A stretch of DNA of 63,920 bases, filler included, from Octopus bimaculoides (GCF_001194135.2; 5 parts of 5 records of this genome joined end to end with filler, not necessarily neighbours in it); one strand, 5' to 3'. Shown: positions 1 through 14,600, counted from the first letter of the whole stretch. Translations and numbers: made by a program. Notes: a model not told the origin generated them from the sequence alone.

Positions 1-689
1 TATATATATATACGGTTTTCGTGCAGCTGAAGATTGCTCTTCATATTGCATTTATGGTAATGCTCGCATTACTTAAATAAATTGAAGTAGCATGAAACGT
101 GCGTACTGCAATCACCTTTGAAATCCGTGTTGCTTATTTATATATATATATATATATATATTCATTAATCCTACCATTCTTTAATGTGTTTCCGCCGAAA
201 CACGGCGATACTGGAACAGGTAAACTGGTAGGGTACCGTTTCAAGTTTTGCTGCCTTGCAAGCTGTCTCGTTCAGCCCATGTCATATGTCACATTGATCA
301 TTCTTGGTCTTTCACGACTGCTTGTGCAACTTTCGTGTCACCTGCAGAGGTGCCTGTGTAACTGTCTAAGTTCACCTCAGACAACAATGGTCCTAATATT
401 TCACATGGGCACCCCACTCGCTCGCTGTTAATGACACTTTAGAGAGGACAACATCCGGTATCACTTCTCTCTTCTAAGGTGTCATGTAAGCATTCGACTG
501 CCTTTCCAGCTACGCCGAGCCCTAGCATCTTTCCGAATCATAGCATTAAAAGCGAATCGTAATGCTGCCTTAAACAGAACGTATATATCTATATGTGTAT
601 NNNNNNNNNNNNNNNNNNNNNNNNNNNNNNNNNNNNNNNNNNNNNNNNNNNNNNNNNNNNNNNNNNNNNNNNNNNNNNNNNNNNNNNNN

Positions 690-734
<45 letters not shown>

Positions 735-3359
735 TACATATATGGGAAATTCTGTCTCTTGGTCTAGTTGTGGAGTTGTTGGCTAACTCCTCAATGATTC
801 GTTTTATCGATTTTGATGAAACTCATGTTTGGAAACCTCATGGCATACTTAGAATTTTGAAAAACAAAATCCATAATAGGGCCCCAAGAAGGGATCCTTA
901 TATATAACTAATAGAGCGTATTCAAACACCCAAGGGAAATAACCCATAACACTAGCACTAACAATTGTCAGTTTTTAGCGAAGCGATCGATATTTGCTTC
1001 TCACGATCAGTGGACCTATATTAGCAGGCAGCTTATCATCGGCAATCTGATTAGCATGCGCTAATTCTGAATTTCCCTACTCACAATTTTGAACTGATAA
1101 ACCTTATTGTTCCACTTTCTTGATTTGAATTTTAAACCTTAAATACTTCATTCATGCATTTATATACGTACATACTTTTTTACTCTTATATATACTTTTT
1201 TTAATTCTTATTTATATATTAGCTTTAACAAATTAGATTTCATAAAGTTAACCTTTGAAATGCCCCGACGAGTAAGAGTACGAGTGGGTACTTCTACTTG
1301 ACAATCTGCTGTAATGCGACAACAACGATCTCAGGTAAGTCTCTGATTCATTGTATTTGATATTTACTAAATCAAACAATTATTCTTCGTCTATTCTACT
1401 TCAATATCTAAACAGTTATATACATATTGCTGTAATTAATCTAACATTGCATCAATAGACAGTTTTTCAACATCTCCAAATAACTAAATGCTGACAATGT
1501 ATGCAGGACTTTCGATTAAATTTGATTACACTTTGAATGCCTATAACTCCGATAATTATGCATTTTTCCAGTTAATCTCTTTCGATGCCAGTAGATAAAT
1601 TTCTGATTTCAGAACGTATTTAATAAGTGTGTCCCAATGCAATGAACTCATACTTTGAAAGCTTAATATTCTTACAAATGAAACCAAACTTACACACCAC
1701 ATTGAGTTAGGACACGCTGTATCAGTTATATTTATTTTAGAAATCATAATATGTATTGCTTACTTGCTGTTCATACAATAGTTTGATGAATTTGAGGCAT
1801 CGAATTTGGAAATATTTGAGATATTTCGTTGTTTATGTCCGATTAATTTAAATATTAATTTTTAGTGCGTTGAATTTCAAATTTTTGCAGATAATATGAC
1901 GTTTATAAATTATTCATTTAATATGAATACTAAAACCACAATGACATCTAGCGACGCAAAGACGAAGAAAGGGAAGGGCACGACAAAACGAGACCCCCAA
2001 GACGGCACAAAGCCGTGTTGCATCCCAAAGTGAGGCATTTCAAGAGAACGACAGAATGAAAACCCCGAGGTGATACAAAGCCGTCTTGCTGCGAAAAGAA
2101 GAGCCTCAGACATGGCACGCTGGACTGAAACCTCTGAACAGACAGAAATCAGACTAGCTGAAAAAAAGAGCCTCGGTTAGGGTACGGCATGATGACACTG
2201 CTGCAGAAAAACAAATACGCCAAACTATAGACAGGAATTCACACCAACAAAGAAGAGATGCTGATGCGTAACCAGAAAGAAGACTAAGGCAGCTTGCTGA
2301 TAGAACGGCACATGTAGAGGCCACCTCATCAAGAAGTGTTTGGTTTAAAGCTGCCTTCACCTATGCCCCCACAATGAATCGTCAAGTGCCCATTGGAAAA
2401 ATGAATACTGTTTGTTCTTATCGCAAGGCTCTAAAATGGCCAAATGAGACTCCTATGTGCTGCTGCAGAGGTAGTATGGGCTGGACAGACTGCAATATCC
2501 ACCAGACGTAGTATTGCAGCTCCTTTTACAAAACACTGCCGATGGTATTAATTTCCGTCGTAAAATATGGAAATATAACGCATCCTTCATGATAACATCA
2601 TTCGGTGCAAAGTAAGAGATCACCCGACAAATTCTTTTTTCAACTTTCAAAATCAGGGGTCAATGCTATCATCGAGTGGGGAGCCTAAGACCTTTACCGG
2701 ATGCAGAGCCATAATTTGTCCAGGTTTATTTTATGTTTATGTGAGGTAACGACGATGATGTTGGCCAGTGTTTCAGGCTGAATGAAGGTGTTGACAAACA
2801 TTTGATTGCAAAATTGCAGAGAATGCTTCATTTAACACATACCTATGTGAATAGGTTGAAATGCGCTCTGGAGAGGATGGTCGAGGTGCCTGATCTCAAA
2901 GTCGTCATTACAGCTGAAAAACGACTAGCTGGCGTACATGCTCGGCGATTCATTGCATCTGCAAATAATGAGGTGTCTATCATTATGGTTGGAGAGCAGC
3001 ATAGCAAATGAGACATCATTCTCAACTATCGTGACAAGCAATTATCATTCATTAAAGAGACACATCGGTCATATGACTGCTTGCTGCACCTGTTGATGTT
3101 TCCATATGGAGAAGATGGCTATTACTTTGAGAATCACCAAGTTCACCGCTCAACCGGACTACTGATCAACGAAAAATATCCTACCGACAATTTTATGTCT
3201 ACCGGTTGATGCTGAGAGAAGGAGAAATCAATCAATTCTTGCTCTTCCGGGGAATCACAAGTCAGTTTATGGTGGACATGTATGCCAAGATCGAAACTGA
3301 ACGTTTCATTTCCATTCACACTACCCAACAGAAGCTGAGGTAAAAAAAATTATATTCAT

Positions 3360-4266
3360 TTGAAAGATGGACTCAATCAAGACTGCAACGCGCACAATGT
3401 TGTTAAGCAAGTTATCACACCATCAAGCTTCCTTGGCTCTCTACGATACATGCATCGACGGACCCAGGATGCCATAGCCTACGTGTGTATGTTCCATCGG
3501 CCTGATTTATTCAGGAGCTTTACCTGCAATCCCAAGTGGCAAGACATTCTAGACTGCCGCCACGAAGGACAACACAGCAATGATAGACCTGATATAATTG
3601 CAAGATTCTTCAACTTGAAACAGCAAAATATTTTGTGGCTGCTCAAACATGGTAACTTCTTTGGTGATCTCAATGCTTGGATGTACAAAATTAAATGGCA
3701 GAAACGAGACCTGCCTCATTCGCATACCCTCATATGGTGCAAGGAAAGGATACGTCCAGATTAGATTAATGACATTTGTACAGAGTTCCCAATCCCAGAG
3801 CAAGACGCTTAAATCTACAATATTGTGAATAAACACATGATTCACGGGCCCTGTGGTGGCTTCAGCCTTTCATCTCCAAAAAGGTTCCCAGACCATTCGT
3901 TCAAGAAACACGAACTGGACATGACGGTTATCCACTGTACAGCAGACGCAAACTGAAGATGGCGGTTACACTGCAACACTGAAGATACACCAGCAAGAAG
4001 TTGAAGCTGACAACAGATGGATTGTGCCTTGCAACAATTTCCTATCGAAAATGTTTGAGGCACACATAAACGTCGAATCATGTAATTCTGTAAAGATCAT
4101 CAAATACATCTACAAATACATAAACAAGGGGTCTGACACGGTAGTTTTGGGAGTCAATGCGGATGAACAGCGAACGGATGAAATAAGACGTTATCTATTG
4201 GGAAGATACATATCATCAAACGAGGCGACGGTAATCAACGGTTGTGAATCTAGGTGTTCATCTTGA
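3360..4266 (+). pseudogene. Helitron HUH Rep endonuclease domain, disrupted
   Basis: Motif 1 FRSFTCNPKW, motif 2 YKIKWQKRDLPHSHTLIW (HUH, degenerate), HINVE and motif 3 KYIYKYINKG in ORFs 3360-3764 and 4024-4266; stops and frameshifts lie between them. Confidence 0.9.
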
Positions 4267-4599
4267 AAGCGGAGAGCGTGTATATTTCACAGAAGATAAT
4301 GCTCAACAGGAATCTGAAAAACCCCACAAAACAACTCTTACAGATTTCTCCGACCTATGCAAAACAGACTATTTCGTCCTTTCCCTTCTTTATGCTGAAG
4401 TACCTTTCTAGTACACATGATCAGGAACAAAAAGGGGTAAAATCCATGTGTGGCAGTTGTGTTGCTGTATTTGGTCTGCCTCAGCCAGATATGTTACCCG
4501 AAGCCCTTGAAATCGAACATGTACGGTAGATCAATTATGATACCGAAGACATGGCAGCTTTTGTGGCTGATAATGAACACAAATTGAACGAGGATCAAC

Positions 4600-5949
4600 A
4601 AACTGCCTTCAAATCCATTTTTGTCCACTCATAGCGAGACTGGTAATCTCTTCTTCCTTGATGCTCCCGGTGGACCTGGCAAAACATTCATTAACAATCT
4701 TATTTTGGCGAAGCTGGGACAGAATAAACAGATAGTCCTTGCCGTAGCGTCAAGTAGATTAGCTGCAACTCTGTTCAACGGTGGACGCACTGCTCATTCG
4801 TGCTTCAAAGTGCCTCTGTATCTTGCAATCTTGCAAAAAAAAAAAAAAGAGGTAGCGACCTGCAATATCAGTCGTGGCACTACAAAAGCAAAAATTCTCA
4901 CCGAGTGCAATTAATCACTTTCGATGAAGCGACAGTGAATCATAAGGGGGCTTTCGAGGCTCTTGACAGATTACTTCAAGATCTGAGGCACGACACAAGG
5001 ATAATGGGCGGCTTAAGAGTACTCCTTGCAGACGACTTTCGACAAACGTTTCCAGTCATTCCAAAGGGAACGACAACAGATGAGTTAAATGCGAGTATCA
5101 AATCTTCATAACTTTGGAGCAAGGCTAGAAAGTTGAAACTCACTACTATCATGAGAGTACAGTTAAGTGGAAATGCGCACATGAAGAATTTCTGCAGGCA
5201 ATTAATGGATATTGGAAACTGTGCTTTAATTGTTGAACAGGATGGGAAGATCAGTTTACCCATTGGCAATTTGGTGTTAGATATACACGAACCATTGTCG
5301 AAATTTTTCCCCAATCTGAACACATAAATCACAGAGCATTGTTGGCTGAGGAAACGTGCAAGTTTGGCACTAAAAAATGTCGCAGTCGATAACGTCAACA
5401 ATCACCTACTGGTACAATGATCTGGCGATCGTCGGACATACAATTCGGTTGATACTGTGCTCACACCAGTGACGCTGTTCATTACTCCGTTGGAGTTTTC
5501 AATAGCCTTGCACATTCAGGTCTAACACCGCATAAATAGCATCTAAAGATTGGAAACTCAGTTATGCTTTTAAGAAACCTCCATCCCCCAAATTATGCAA
5601 TAGCACGAGACGTATTATCAAACAATTGATGCAGACAATGTTGGAGGCGAAAATACTGACTGGGAAAGCAAGTGGCGAAGATTTTTCATTCCAAAGATTC
5701 CTCCGATTCCTTCCATCACACAAATTGATTCCAAAAGGCTACAATTCCCACTGAGATTAAGCTTTACAATGAGCACAAAATCAGATATTAGAAGTGGTAG
5801 GCCTTAATCTTGCGGAACTTGCTTTTTTCATGGACATCTCTATGTCCGATACGCTTGAGCTGGAAATCCTGAAAATTTAATTTTCTATGAACCTAAATTT
5901 TCTACGCAAAACCCAAAACATTGTGTATCACGAAGCTCTGCAAGACTGA
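4600..5949 (+). pseudogene. Helitron PIF1-like (SF1B) helicase domain, disrupted
   Basis: Walker A LFFLDAPGGPGKTF, AVASSRLAATLFNGGRTAHS, Walker B ITFDEA, DFRQTFPVIP, and later MLLRNL...KLCN and RLQFPLRL motifs; multiple frameshifts. Confidence 0.92.
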
Positions 5950-6586
5950 ATTTTTGGAACAAAAACGCCTCTCCCTCCGACAACCACTCTCACCAACCTC
6001 CGTCAAGCTCTCTCGCCAACCCCCGACAATTTTTCTCGCCAACNNNNNNNNNNNNNNNNNNNNNNNNNNNNNNNNNNNNNNNNNNNNNNNNNNNNNNNNN
6101 NNNNNNNNNNNNNNNNNNNNNNNNNNNNNNNNNNNNNNNNNNNNNNNNNNNNNNNNNNNNNNNNNNNNNNNNNNNNNNNNNNNNNNNNNNNNNNNNNNNN
6201 NNNNNNNNNNNNNNNNNNNNNNNNNNNNNNNNNNNNNNNNNNNNNNNNNNNNNNNNNNNNNNNNNNNNNNNNNNNNNNNNNNNNNNNNNNNNNNNNNNNN
6301 NNNNNNNNNNNNNNNNNNNNNNNNNNNNNNNNNNNNNNNNNNNNNNNNNNNNNNNNNNNNNNNNNNNNNNNNNNNNNNNNNNNNNNNNNNNNNNNNNNNN
6401 NNNNNNNNNNNNNNNNNNNNNNNNNNNNNNNNNNNNNNNNNNNNNNNNNNNNNNNNNNNNNNNNNNNNNNNNNNNNNNNNNNNNNNNNNNNNNNNNNNNN
6501 NNNNNNNNNNNNNNNNNNNNNNNNNNNNNNNNNNNNNNNNNNNNNNNNNNNNNNNNNNNNNNNNNNNNNNNNNNNNNNNNNNNNNN

Positions 6587-7430
6587 TATATGCTGAGTAT
6601 GTAGGAGCAATGCTACTGCTGTGACATCTTGCAGATATTAATGATTGTTCCAGGTAAACTGACATCTGACCGTTCAAAAAGATTTCAAATATAACTATTT
6701 GTGAATTCTCTTCAAAATGAACAAAATTTTGCATCCTGGTGTCATCAAGTAACTGCGGAAACATTGTTCAGCCCACAAAGTCATTCACACTGACAAGGTT
6801 GCTGCATTAGATAAGGATACTATAGTATTATCAACATTGCAAAGTTAAGTAGCGGAGTTTAGGAGGGATGAGAGATTTCTGAAGATGACTTGTGGTCAGG
6901 AGTTCCTACAACAACGACAGCCGAGAAAGACATTGGTCGTTTCAAACACATAATGATGGGTGACAGGCGATTGACTATAAATCAAATAGTTAATGCCATT
7001 ATCATATCTCGTGAGAGATTTGAGAATATTCTACGTAATGAACTCGGCATGACGATGGTTTCTGCTCGGTGGGTGCAACGTATTCTAATACCTGATCAAA
7101 AGCGCACAAGGCTGATCATATCGCGGGAAATGTGACATCGTTTAAATCACATCCCGGATGAGAGTCGGGCTCGTGATTTTGAATCAGTGACAAAGAGAAA
7201 AAAACATGTAGTGGAAACATTCTTCATCCACTGCGTTAATCAAGACCAATGTCATTTCATCTGCAGGGATGATCATAGATTTAGTTTTTTGTGATGCGAA
7301 AACATTTTGTTTATTGACTATCTTCAAAAGGGTCATCATGAATGGAAACTACAGTTCCAAATTGATGAGTCAGATTCGAAATATTATCAACATCAAACGC
7401 AAGAAAACTAACGAGAAGGGTCTTGTCTAA
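6587..7430 (+). mobile_element. Mariner transposase remnant (N-terminal HTH region to start of catalytic domain)
   Basis: ATG 6717 MNKILHPGVIK; ORF 6890-7135 DRRLTINQIV...NELGMTMVSARWVQRIL matches the mariner WVPxxL motif region; YLQKGH follows near 7320; 5' TIR presumably in the gap. Confidence 0.85.
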
Positions 7431-7519
7431 TGACACACAGACACACAGAGTCACAGACACACTCAGACAATATCTTATATGAAAGATATATTATTATACA
7501 CATAGTGATGTAACATGTT

Positions 7520-7616
<97 letters not shown>

Positions 7617-10249
7617 GTATNNNNNNNNNNNNNNNNNNNNNNNNNNNNNNNNNNNNNNNNNNNNNNNNNNNNNNNNNNNNNNNNNNNNNNNNNNNNNNNN
7701 NNNNNNNNNNNNNNNNNNNNNNNNNNNNNNNNNNNNNNNNNNNNNNNNNNNNNNNNNNNNNNNNNNNNNNNNNNNNNNNNNNNNNNNNNNNNNNNNNNNN
7801 NNNNNNNNNNNNNNNNNNNNNNNNNNNNNNNNNNNNNNNNNNNNNNNNNNNNNNNNNNNNNNNNNNNNNNNNNNNNNNNNNNATATATAAATATATATAT
7901 ATACATATACATACATATACCATATAAATATGTGAGTATTATTGAAAGTGATAGATAGTTAGGAATGAAAGAAGAAAAAAGAACAGGAAGGGGAGAAACC
8001 TCTCGAAAGTGTATGCATGTGGAAGCTCCACAGTGATTACAAAAGCAGCTAAAATAATCTTACAAATAAGATAGAAATATATATACTTAGATGCAGTGTT
8101 CATGGAGGAGTTGTATGTAAATGTGCGTGATTGTGTGTGTTTCTGTATGCTTGCGTGTGTGTTTGTACATGTTTGCATGTCTGCTTTTGCGTGTTTGTGT
8201 GTGTTTGCGCGTGCATGCGCTTATTTTGTTCTTAGAAATGGGTCAATTCTGATACAGCATAAGCATGGTTAAAATCGATCCGTTCTTAAGCAATTTTTCT
8301 TTGTTTCAAGATACGCTGTAGTGAGAACTACATTTTGCAATGCATCCGTCGACTATTCAAGACAGTACGTTATAGTTGCAGATATACGTAGCTGCTAATT
8401 TTTTCATAGGTCGATTGTCCAAAAAGAAAATCTTTTGTTGTCCTCATTTGTGTGTAGATATATGGAATTATAATTGCATGTAATGAACGCTTACTTTTTT
8501 CTTTCGCATTGATGAAAATCCTAGGTTTCCTAGGAAGATTTTCTTTTTTCTTTAATATATAAAATAAAATTGCGTATGTCTGAAATACTAAGTCAATATA
8601 TTTTCGGTAAGATCTCGGCTGAATGAAGTACGAATTTTATATTATAGCAAACATAAATTTTATCTAACTTTCTAGAAATTCTGAAGCAATTCCTAACTAC
8701 ATCCTCCACAAAAAATCATTCAAGAACATACGGAAAATTTATGTCATATTACCAATTTCTGTGAAACTAAATAGCACTGTCTCTTAGACAGTGTTTATGT
8801 GACAAATGTTATTTCAAAGGAAGATAGAAGACTTTCTCTGTCACAGGGAAATCCGATAAAATTACCAAAAAGTATGTTCTCAATGAAAATCCTATTACCA
8901 TATAAATAAGAAAATAATGCAGTTCCCAATGCAGCTCTGAAGTTAACATGTGATGGACGTAAGAAAAATGCCTTAAGAATAATTCTTATTGATTATGATT
9001 CATCTTGGGTGAAACCAGAAAGAAATATATAACCTTCAGTGTGATGAAAGTAACAATATTTTCCGTGCAGCCTCAGGCGTTTCTTTAATACATACATACA
9101 TACATACAAACAAAAAAAACACACACGTACGTAGACGAATATAGGGAATATAAATCTTGACATTTAGATACACTATTTATGTAAGATCGTCCTCACAATA
9201 TGTTTAATATTAAACGGAAAAGATGAAAGACATAAGCAAACACACGGAGGTTTTCTTTTATTTAAAGTATACATAAATACTTCAAATATCACAAAGGGAC
9301 TTTGTGTGAAGCTTTATGGGTTTCTTCGGGAAACCGCTATTTTAAATATATAGTAACATGTTAATTTAAAAAAAAAAAACGAACTCGGAACAGATGGTGA
9401 GGCATGACTATATAAGAAAGTCCAAGTGTGAGAGTGATACAGCATATTAACTTATTGCATAGGCAACGAGATAAAAAGCAGGGAGAAACCGAAAGGTCGG
9501 AAATAGAGAGTGGAAGCAGAAAAACAGATAGGGAGGAAGAAAGATATAACTTTTTCGTCGAAATTGTTTGACCTTTATAGATATTATTTAAAAATACATG
9601 AAGATATTTTATGAAATATCCAATACAAGTTTCCAGGAGAGGGTAGAATACAAACAAAACAAATGCGCAAATAAACGAAAGAAAACAATCAATAGACGTA
9701 ATACAAAGACAACAAACCAGCAAAATACGCTTTGAAGATTGAATATAATCACAAATCTACTATTAATATAACTGAGAAATCAATGTTAGCTTTATATATT
9801 TCGTGGCAGCCGAATACCACGAGATTAAAGCAATGTCTATGTGGAGATTAAAGCGAGACATTATCAAACAGATGTTATTAGTTACGTCATTTGCATTTAG
9901 ATTTAAAATCATCTGCACATTTTTTTTTTCATTTTTCCTGTCCATAATTTTCTTATTTATACGGACACACACACACACAGTTATGCATATGTGTACATAT
10001 ATACATATTTATATGCGTGGTTTTATGCGTGCGCGCGTGTGTGTGCTTGTGTACGTGAATACTTGCATGTTATATGCGTATATAAAATTTTAAATATATA
10101 ATATTAATATATGTCATAAATATTCCTTACATATATGTGCCGCATACACGTGTGAATACATGCATATTAGTTTATATCACGTATTATATTACATCATATT
10201 TTATTATGTTATGTTACATTACATTCTATAATATTGTCCTGCATAAAGG

Positions 10250-11260
10250 AGTTGCTAGGAAAGTGAGAGTGAGGATCTGGAACTGCAAATAAAACAGTCT
10301 ACCTGAAAGGGGTTCAATCCTGTTTTATCATCTATTTATCAAAACCTTTTATATCATAATACAAGAACCTAATCCCGGATACGCCTGGCAGGTCCTATAT
10401 GGCAATGAATTCCTTCTTATAGTTGAATCTATAGTAGAATTACAAAATAAATTCCAGGTATAGAAACAAAATCTGGAATCAATAGGCCTCATTGTTAACT
10501 TAGCAAACAGCATATTTAGTAAGCCGATAGCCAAACAGGAGTCGACTGTTTTCAGGAAGATGGGCTTGTTTTGAACGAAGAAAAGTAGTAGAAAGACACT
10601 TCATACACTATAGCTCATACAGTGAACACAAAAGCTGTTGAGAGGTATAAAAACTGGTATAACGAGAAAGTAATCTGCTATTTGACATATGCACAAGAGC
10701 AGTAAACACTACTAACGCACAAGAAATATGCTTTGAAGGATCCCTTGAGGTAGTAGATAACTTGTTTTATTATGGAGATCCAATTAGCAGTGGAAGAACA
10801 TATACTGGAGGAAGTACAGAGATCTATCGACACTACTGGTAAAAATAAAGAGAGCACAGTAATTATTCACTTATAGCAATACTATATGGTAGTGAGACAA
10901 TAGCCCTGAAAACACAACGCTGTGGAGATTAGAAGGAATAAAGAAAGCATAATTTGCACGATGTGCAAAGTCAGGTTAGATGTATAACGAAATAGAAATA
11001 TGTAAAAAGTAAAACTGCGCAGAAAACAGACTGAATATAATATGTAAGAAAAAAGACTATGAAAGCGTGGGACATTTTATGTGAACTCTATAAAGAAATG
11101 TCATTCTCTTAGTGTAGAATAAGGTAGACTTAAGAAAACGTTGGACGAATTACTGAAAGAATGTATAGCCTCCGGTTGGGTACAGCAAAGGCCCTAGCTC
11201 AGAAATGATGGCCTGAGCACGACATGAATCCCTAATTATGAGAAAATAGATGTTATTTAC
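10250..11260 (+). mobile_element. Old RTE-clade LINE fragment (RT C-terminal half)
   Basis: Manual translation gives IVESIVELQNKFQV*KQNLESIGLIVNLA (post-YADD region), EVVDNLFYYGDPISSG and AILYGSET; same family type as the RTE 3' ends at 26-35 kb; heavily decayed. Confidence 0.6.
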
Positions 11261-11299
11261 GCCTTCTCTGTATACACACAATTTATCTTAACTACAAAA

Positions 11300-11620
11300 A
11301 GTGTCTCTGTCAAACTTTACCATCTCATCACTTCTTATGTCTGAATTCGCTATCAGTTTTTAAATTGATGCATTAATCTGCTACTACACTTTCACGAGGA
11401 CAGAACTAAATGTTTCTTCTCCTTCTTAGGCAACCACTTCTCTATCATTCTCACATGAGCAACTGCCTTTTCATAGCCATCACTTATTCTTAACATCGTC
11501 CATCCTTTTCTTATCGGCTGACCATCTTTTAAGTGCTACATGTTATCCATCCACCAGCCCTGTACATCATCTTTTGAAGAGGCATGCAGCGTACTCATAT
11601 TTGCCAGTCACCACATCTTC
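11300..11620 (-). mobile_element. Possible RTE-clade LINE fragment (endonuclease-RT linker)
   Basis: Purine-rich minus strand with weak resemblance to RTE linker peptides; no intact motif. Confidence 0.3.
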
Positions 11621-14600
11621 ACTTTTAAATTTAACCTTGCATATCTCTGTGACTGCATCACTATCATTATACATCTCTCTCTTTCTCTTTATTTCTCTCT
11701 TTCTCTCTCTTTCTCCATCTCTCTTTCTTTCAGGCTATCTATCTATCTACCTATCTATCTATCTATCTATCTATCTATATTTGTCTTTCCATCGCTGATG
11801 ATAGAGACTAAAGTACTATCCAGGCAACATCTCGGTGGTTTGTATACGATAACTCGGTAAATAATTTTCCCAAAGATAAAATTAATTTAATTTCCAACTG
11901 CTAAATTCATTAATATTTACGGTGATAACACATCATATGATGAGCGGAGTAATTTTAATATTCCATGTTTGATTATTATGCCATATTAGTGGGTTAAAAT
12001 CTTTCATAAGATTCACGTAAGTCAACGAGGAAAATCCGGTTGAATATATTTACTATTACTAATTGCGTTCATCACTGAAATCACAACAAATGATCGTATT
12101 GTAAAAATAACCATTACCAGCATCATCAGGTCTAAATCCTTATTCACAAGGTCATCTTTCTTTCAACTTCAGTGGACGTAGCATTATTACTTAATCATAT
12201 TTTTGTCTAAATTTATGTTATTAAATGTGTTAAATTAAATACAATCACTCAAATTTCCCTGATAAGTATTAAGTTACTAAATATGCAAATATTATATAAT
12301 GCATTCGATTCAATTACAAGACAAAACTCTCTATTGTTACTGGGTTCCTTAAATTCCATTGAATTAAATTATAACACTATCCCTCTGGAACGCGTACCTT
12401 AATGAGCCGTTAATACATAATCGAATTATCAAATTAACTACTATTCTGTTATTTAACACATAACATACAATTCAAATTATAATAGCGTCCCACAACAATA
12501 TATTCTTATACGCTACATGACACGCAACAGAATAATAGCTATTATTCTGCAAAATCTCATTGATATCCACCTACCATACGAAACTAGTACTACACATCCT
12601 TGTAATATCTTGTAGTAGCCTACATATATATAGTGTATACACAATTAAAACATTACTCACTTTGCATTCCTTTTCAGTCCTCGTGAATTAAAATTAACGT
12701 TGTCTAATCTGCGTATTTCAAGAGTAACAAACAGCGAGGATTTAACCAACAATTTAATCCAATGTCATAGCAAATTGTAAGAACTCTATGACTCACCACA
12801 TCGGCTGAAACAGATTGGAATGATACACATTCATGACAGACATTTACTTAAGCTGTGTAATATGTGAAAAAAAAAAAAGCATGAAATGCACTGCTCAGAA
12901 AGAAAATGCTACTTGTGGATATGAATGTATTAAATATATAAATAATATATAGAATATTTCTCTAAGTACGTATCGATCAAGAGTAGAACGTAGGAAGATT
13001 ATTAATAGACTATTCTACTGGACTCCCAAAGTACTATTCATATATGAAGTTTCAACATGCTAAAATCAGTTTAGAGACGGAGTAAAACTAAAATATTGAC
13101 CTCATGTTCAGGACGATATTCACATTCGTGTGTGATAGAGAAAACTATATCGTTTCCTTGCGCATAATATCTACTTAAGCCCAATGGACAATATTGTCAT
13201 GATAGATTCCATCTGTTGCAAATGATTTGCTGAATATTAAGAAATTTTTCCTGTGATTGTGGATTGTAGCTCTATGAATGAACTGAACCATAAAACCAGC
13301 TGGATCTGAACAACTACCAGTATTTCTGAAATAGAGAAATCTACCATATTATGGGAAATGTATAATTAGCTATATCGTGTATTTGAACAACTTGTACACA
13401 CACAAAGAAGAAAAACTTGCTGAAGATTCAGATGAATTAACTACCTATAATTGAAATATTCGTGATGACGTGTATTAAGTCTATTCATATATCTTTCATC
13501 TAATAATGCAATTCATAGCATATCTGATCAATATTGTGGACTGCTACACGAAACATTTCAGAAGATTCCTTACTTCAATGTTCTTTTGTGTAGTGGAGAT
13601 CTACATGTTGTGGTTTGAAGTCATAACGAAGTCTTTCAAAACGTTATGATCGGAGAGGGGTGAGAATTATAGCTAATGATGCTAGAATAGCTAGGAATGG
13701 AATTAAAACGGTAGTTACAAGTTTGAGAGACTGAAATAATAGTTACTGTTACCTCCACACAAATACGAACTGATACACACACAAACACACACACGCATTT
13801 ATATATGCATACATTTATGAACACTCATACACACGGAGAAACAGAGACAGGGTGAGGGGAAGCTGAAAGCTATAAGCTTGTAATGAGATAGATAGAAGAC
13901 ATAGATAGACAGAAGAAAGAAAGTTAAAAAGAAAGAAACAAACAAACAAACAAGACAAGAACAAAGCGAGAAAGAATGAAAGGTAGAANNNNNNNNNNNN
14001 NNNNNNNNNNNNNNNNNNNNNNNNNNNNNNNNNNNNNNNNNNNNNNNNNNNNNNNNNNNNNNNNNNNNNNNNNNNNNNNNNNNNNNNNNNNNNNNNNNNN
14101 NNNNNNNNNNNNNNNNNNNNNNNNNNNNNNNNNNNNNNNNNNNNNNNNNNNNNNNNNNNNNNNNNNNNNNNNNNNNNNNNNNNNNNNNNNNNNNNNNNNN
14201 NNNNNNNNNNNNNNNNNNNNNNNNNNNNNNNNNNNNNNNNNNNNNNNNNNNNNNNNNNNNNNNNNNNNNNNNNNNNNNNNNNNNNNNNNNNNNNNNNNNN
14301 NNNNNNNNNNNNNNNNNNNNNNNNNNNNNNNNNNNNNNNNNNNNNNNNNNNNNNNNNNNNNNNNNNNNNNNNNNNNNNNNNNNNNNNNNNNNNNNNNNNN
14401 NNNNNNNNNNNNNNNNNNNNNNNNNNNNNNNNNNNNNNNNNNNNNNNNNNNNNNNNNNNNNNNNNNNNNNNNNNNNNNNNNNNNNNNNNNNNNNNNNNNN
14501 NNNNNNNNNNNNNNNNNNNNNNNNNNNNNNNNNNNNNNNNNNNNNNNNNNNNNNNNNNNNNNNNNNNNNNNNNNNNNNNNNNNNNNNNNNNNNNNNNNNN

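Larger units (their letters stand above)
1260..5949 (+). mobile_element. Helitron, near full-length but decayed RepHel element; termini not resolved, 3' side runs into gap at 6044
   Basis: Helitron motifs in the expected order across frameshifted ORFs: basic N-terminus MPRRVR (ATG 1260), GKMNTVC...PMCCC cysteine cluster (~2400-2470), Rep motifs, PIF1-type helicase motifs, and C-terminal TQNIVYHEALQD* (stop 5947-5949). Confidence 0.93.

Noticed and set aside
193-207. GC hairpin cgccg-aaaca-cggcg and the imperfect inverted repeat at 431-485 as Helitron termini
   Set aside because: No correctly spaced CTRR|T end or A|TC start could be assigned, so the terminus remains undefined.
99-907. ORFs at the window start and the many YIYIYI, HTHTHT, LSLSLS and poly-X ORFs throughout the track
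   Set aside because: They are translations of microsatellites and N gaps, not genes.
13175-13325. Minus-strand acceptor followed by a 49-codon open frame (NTGSCSDPAGFMVQF...)
   Set aside because: No donor, no recognisable motif, and length within chance expectation.
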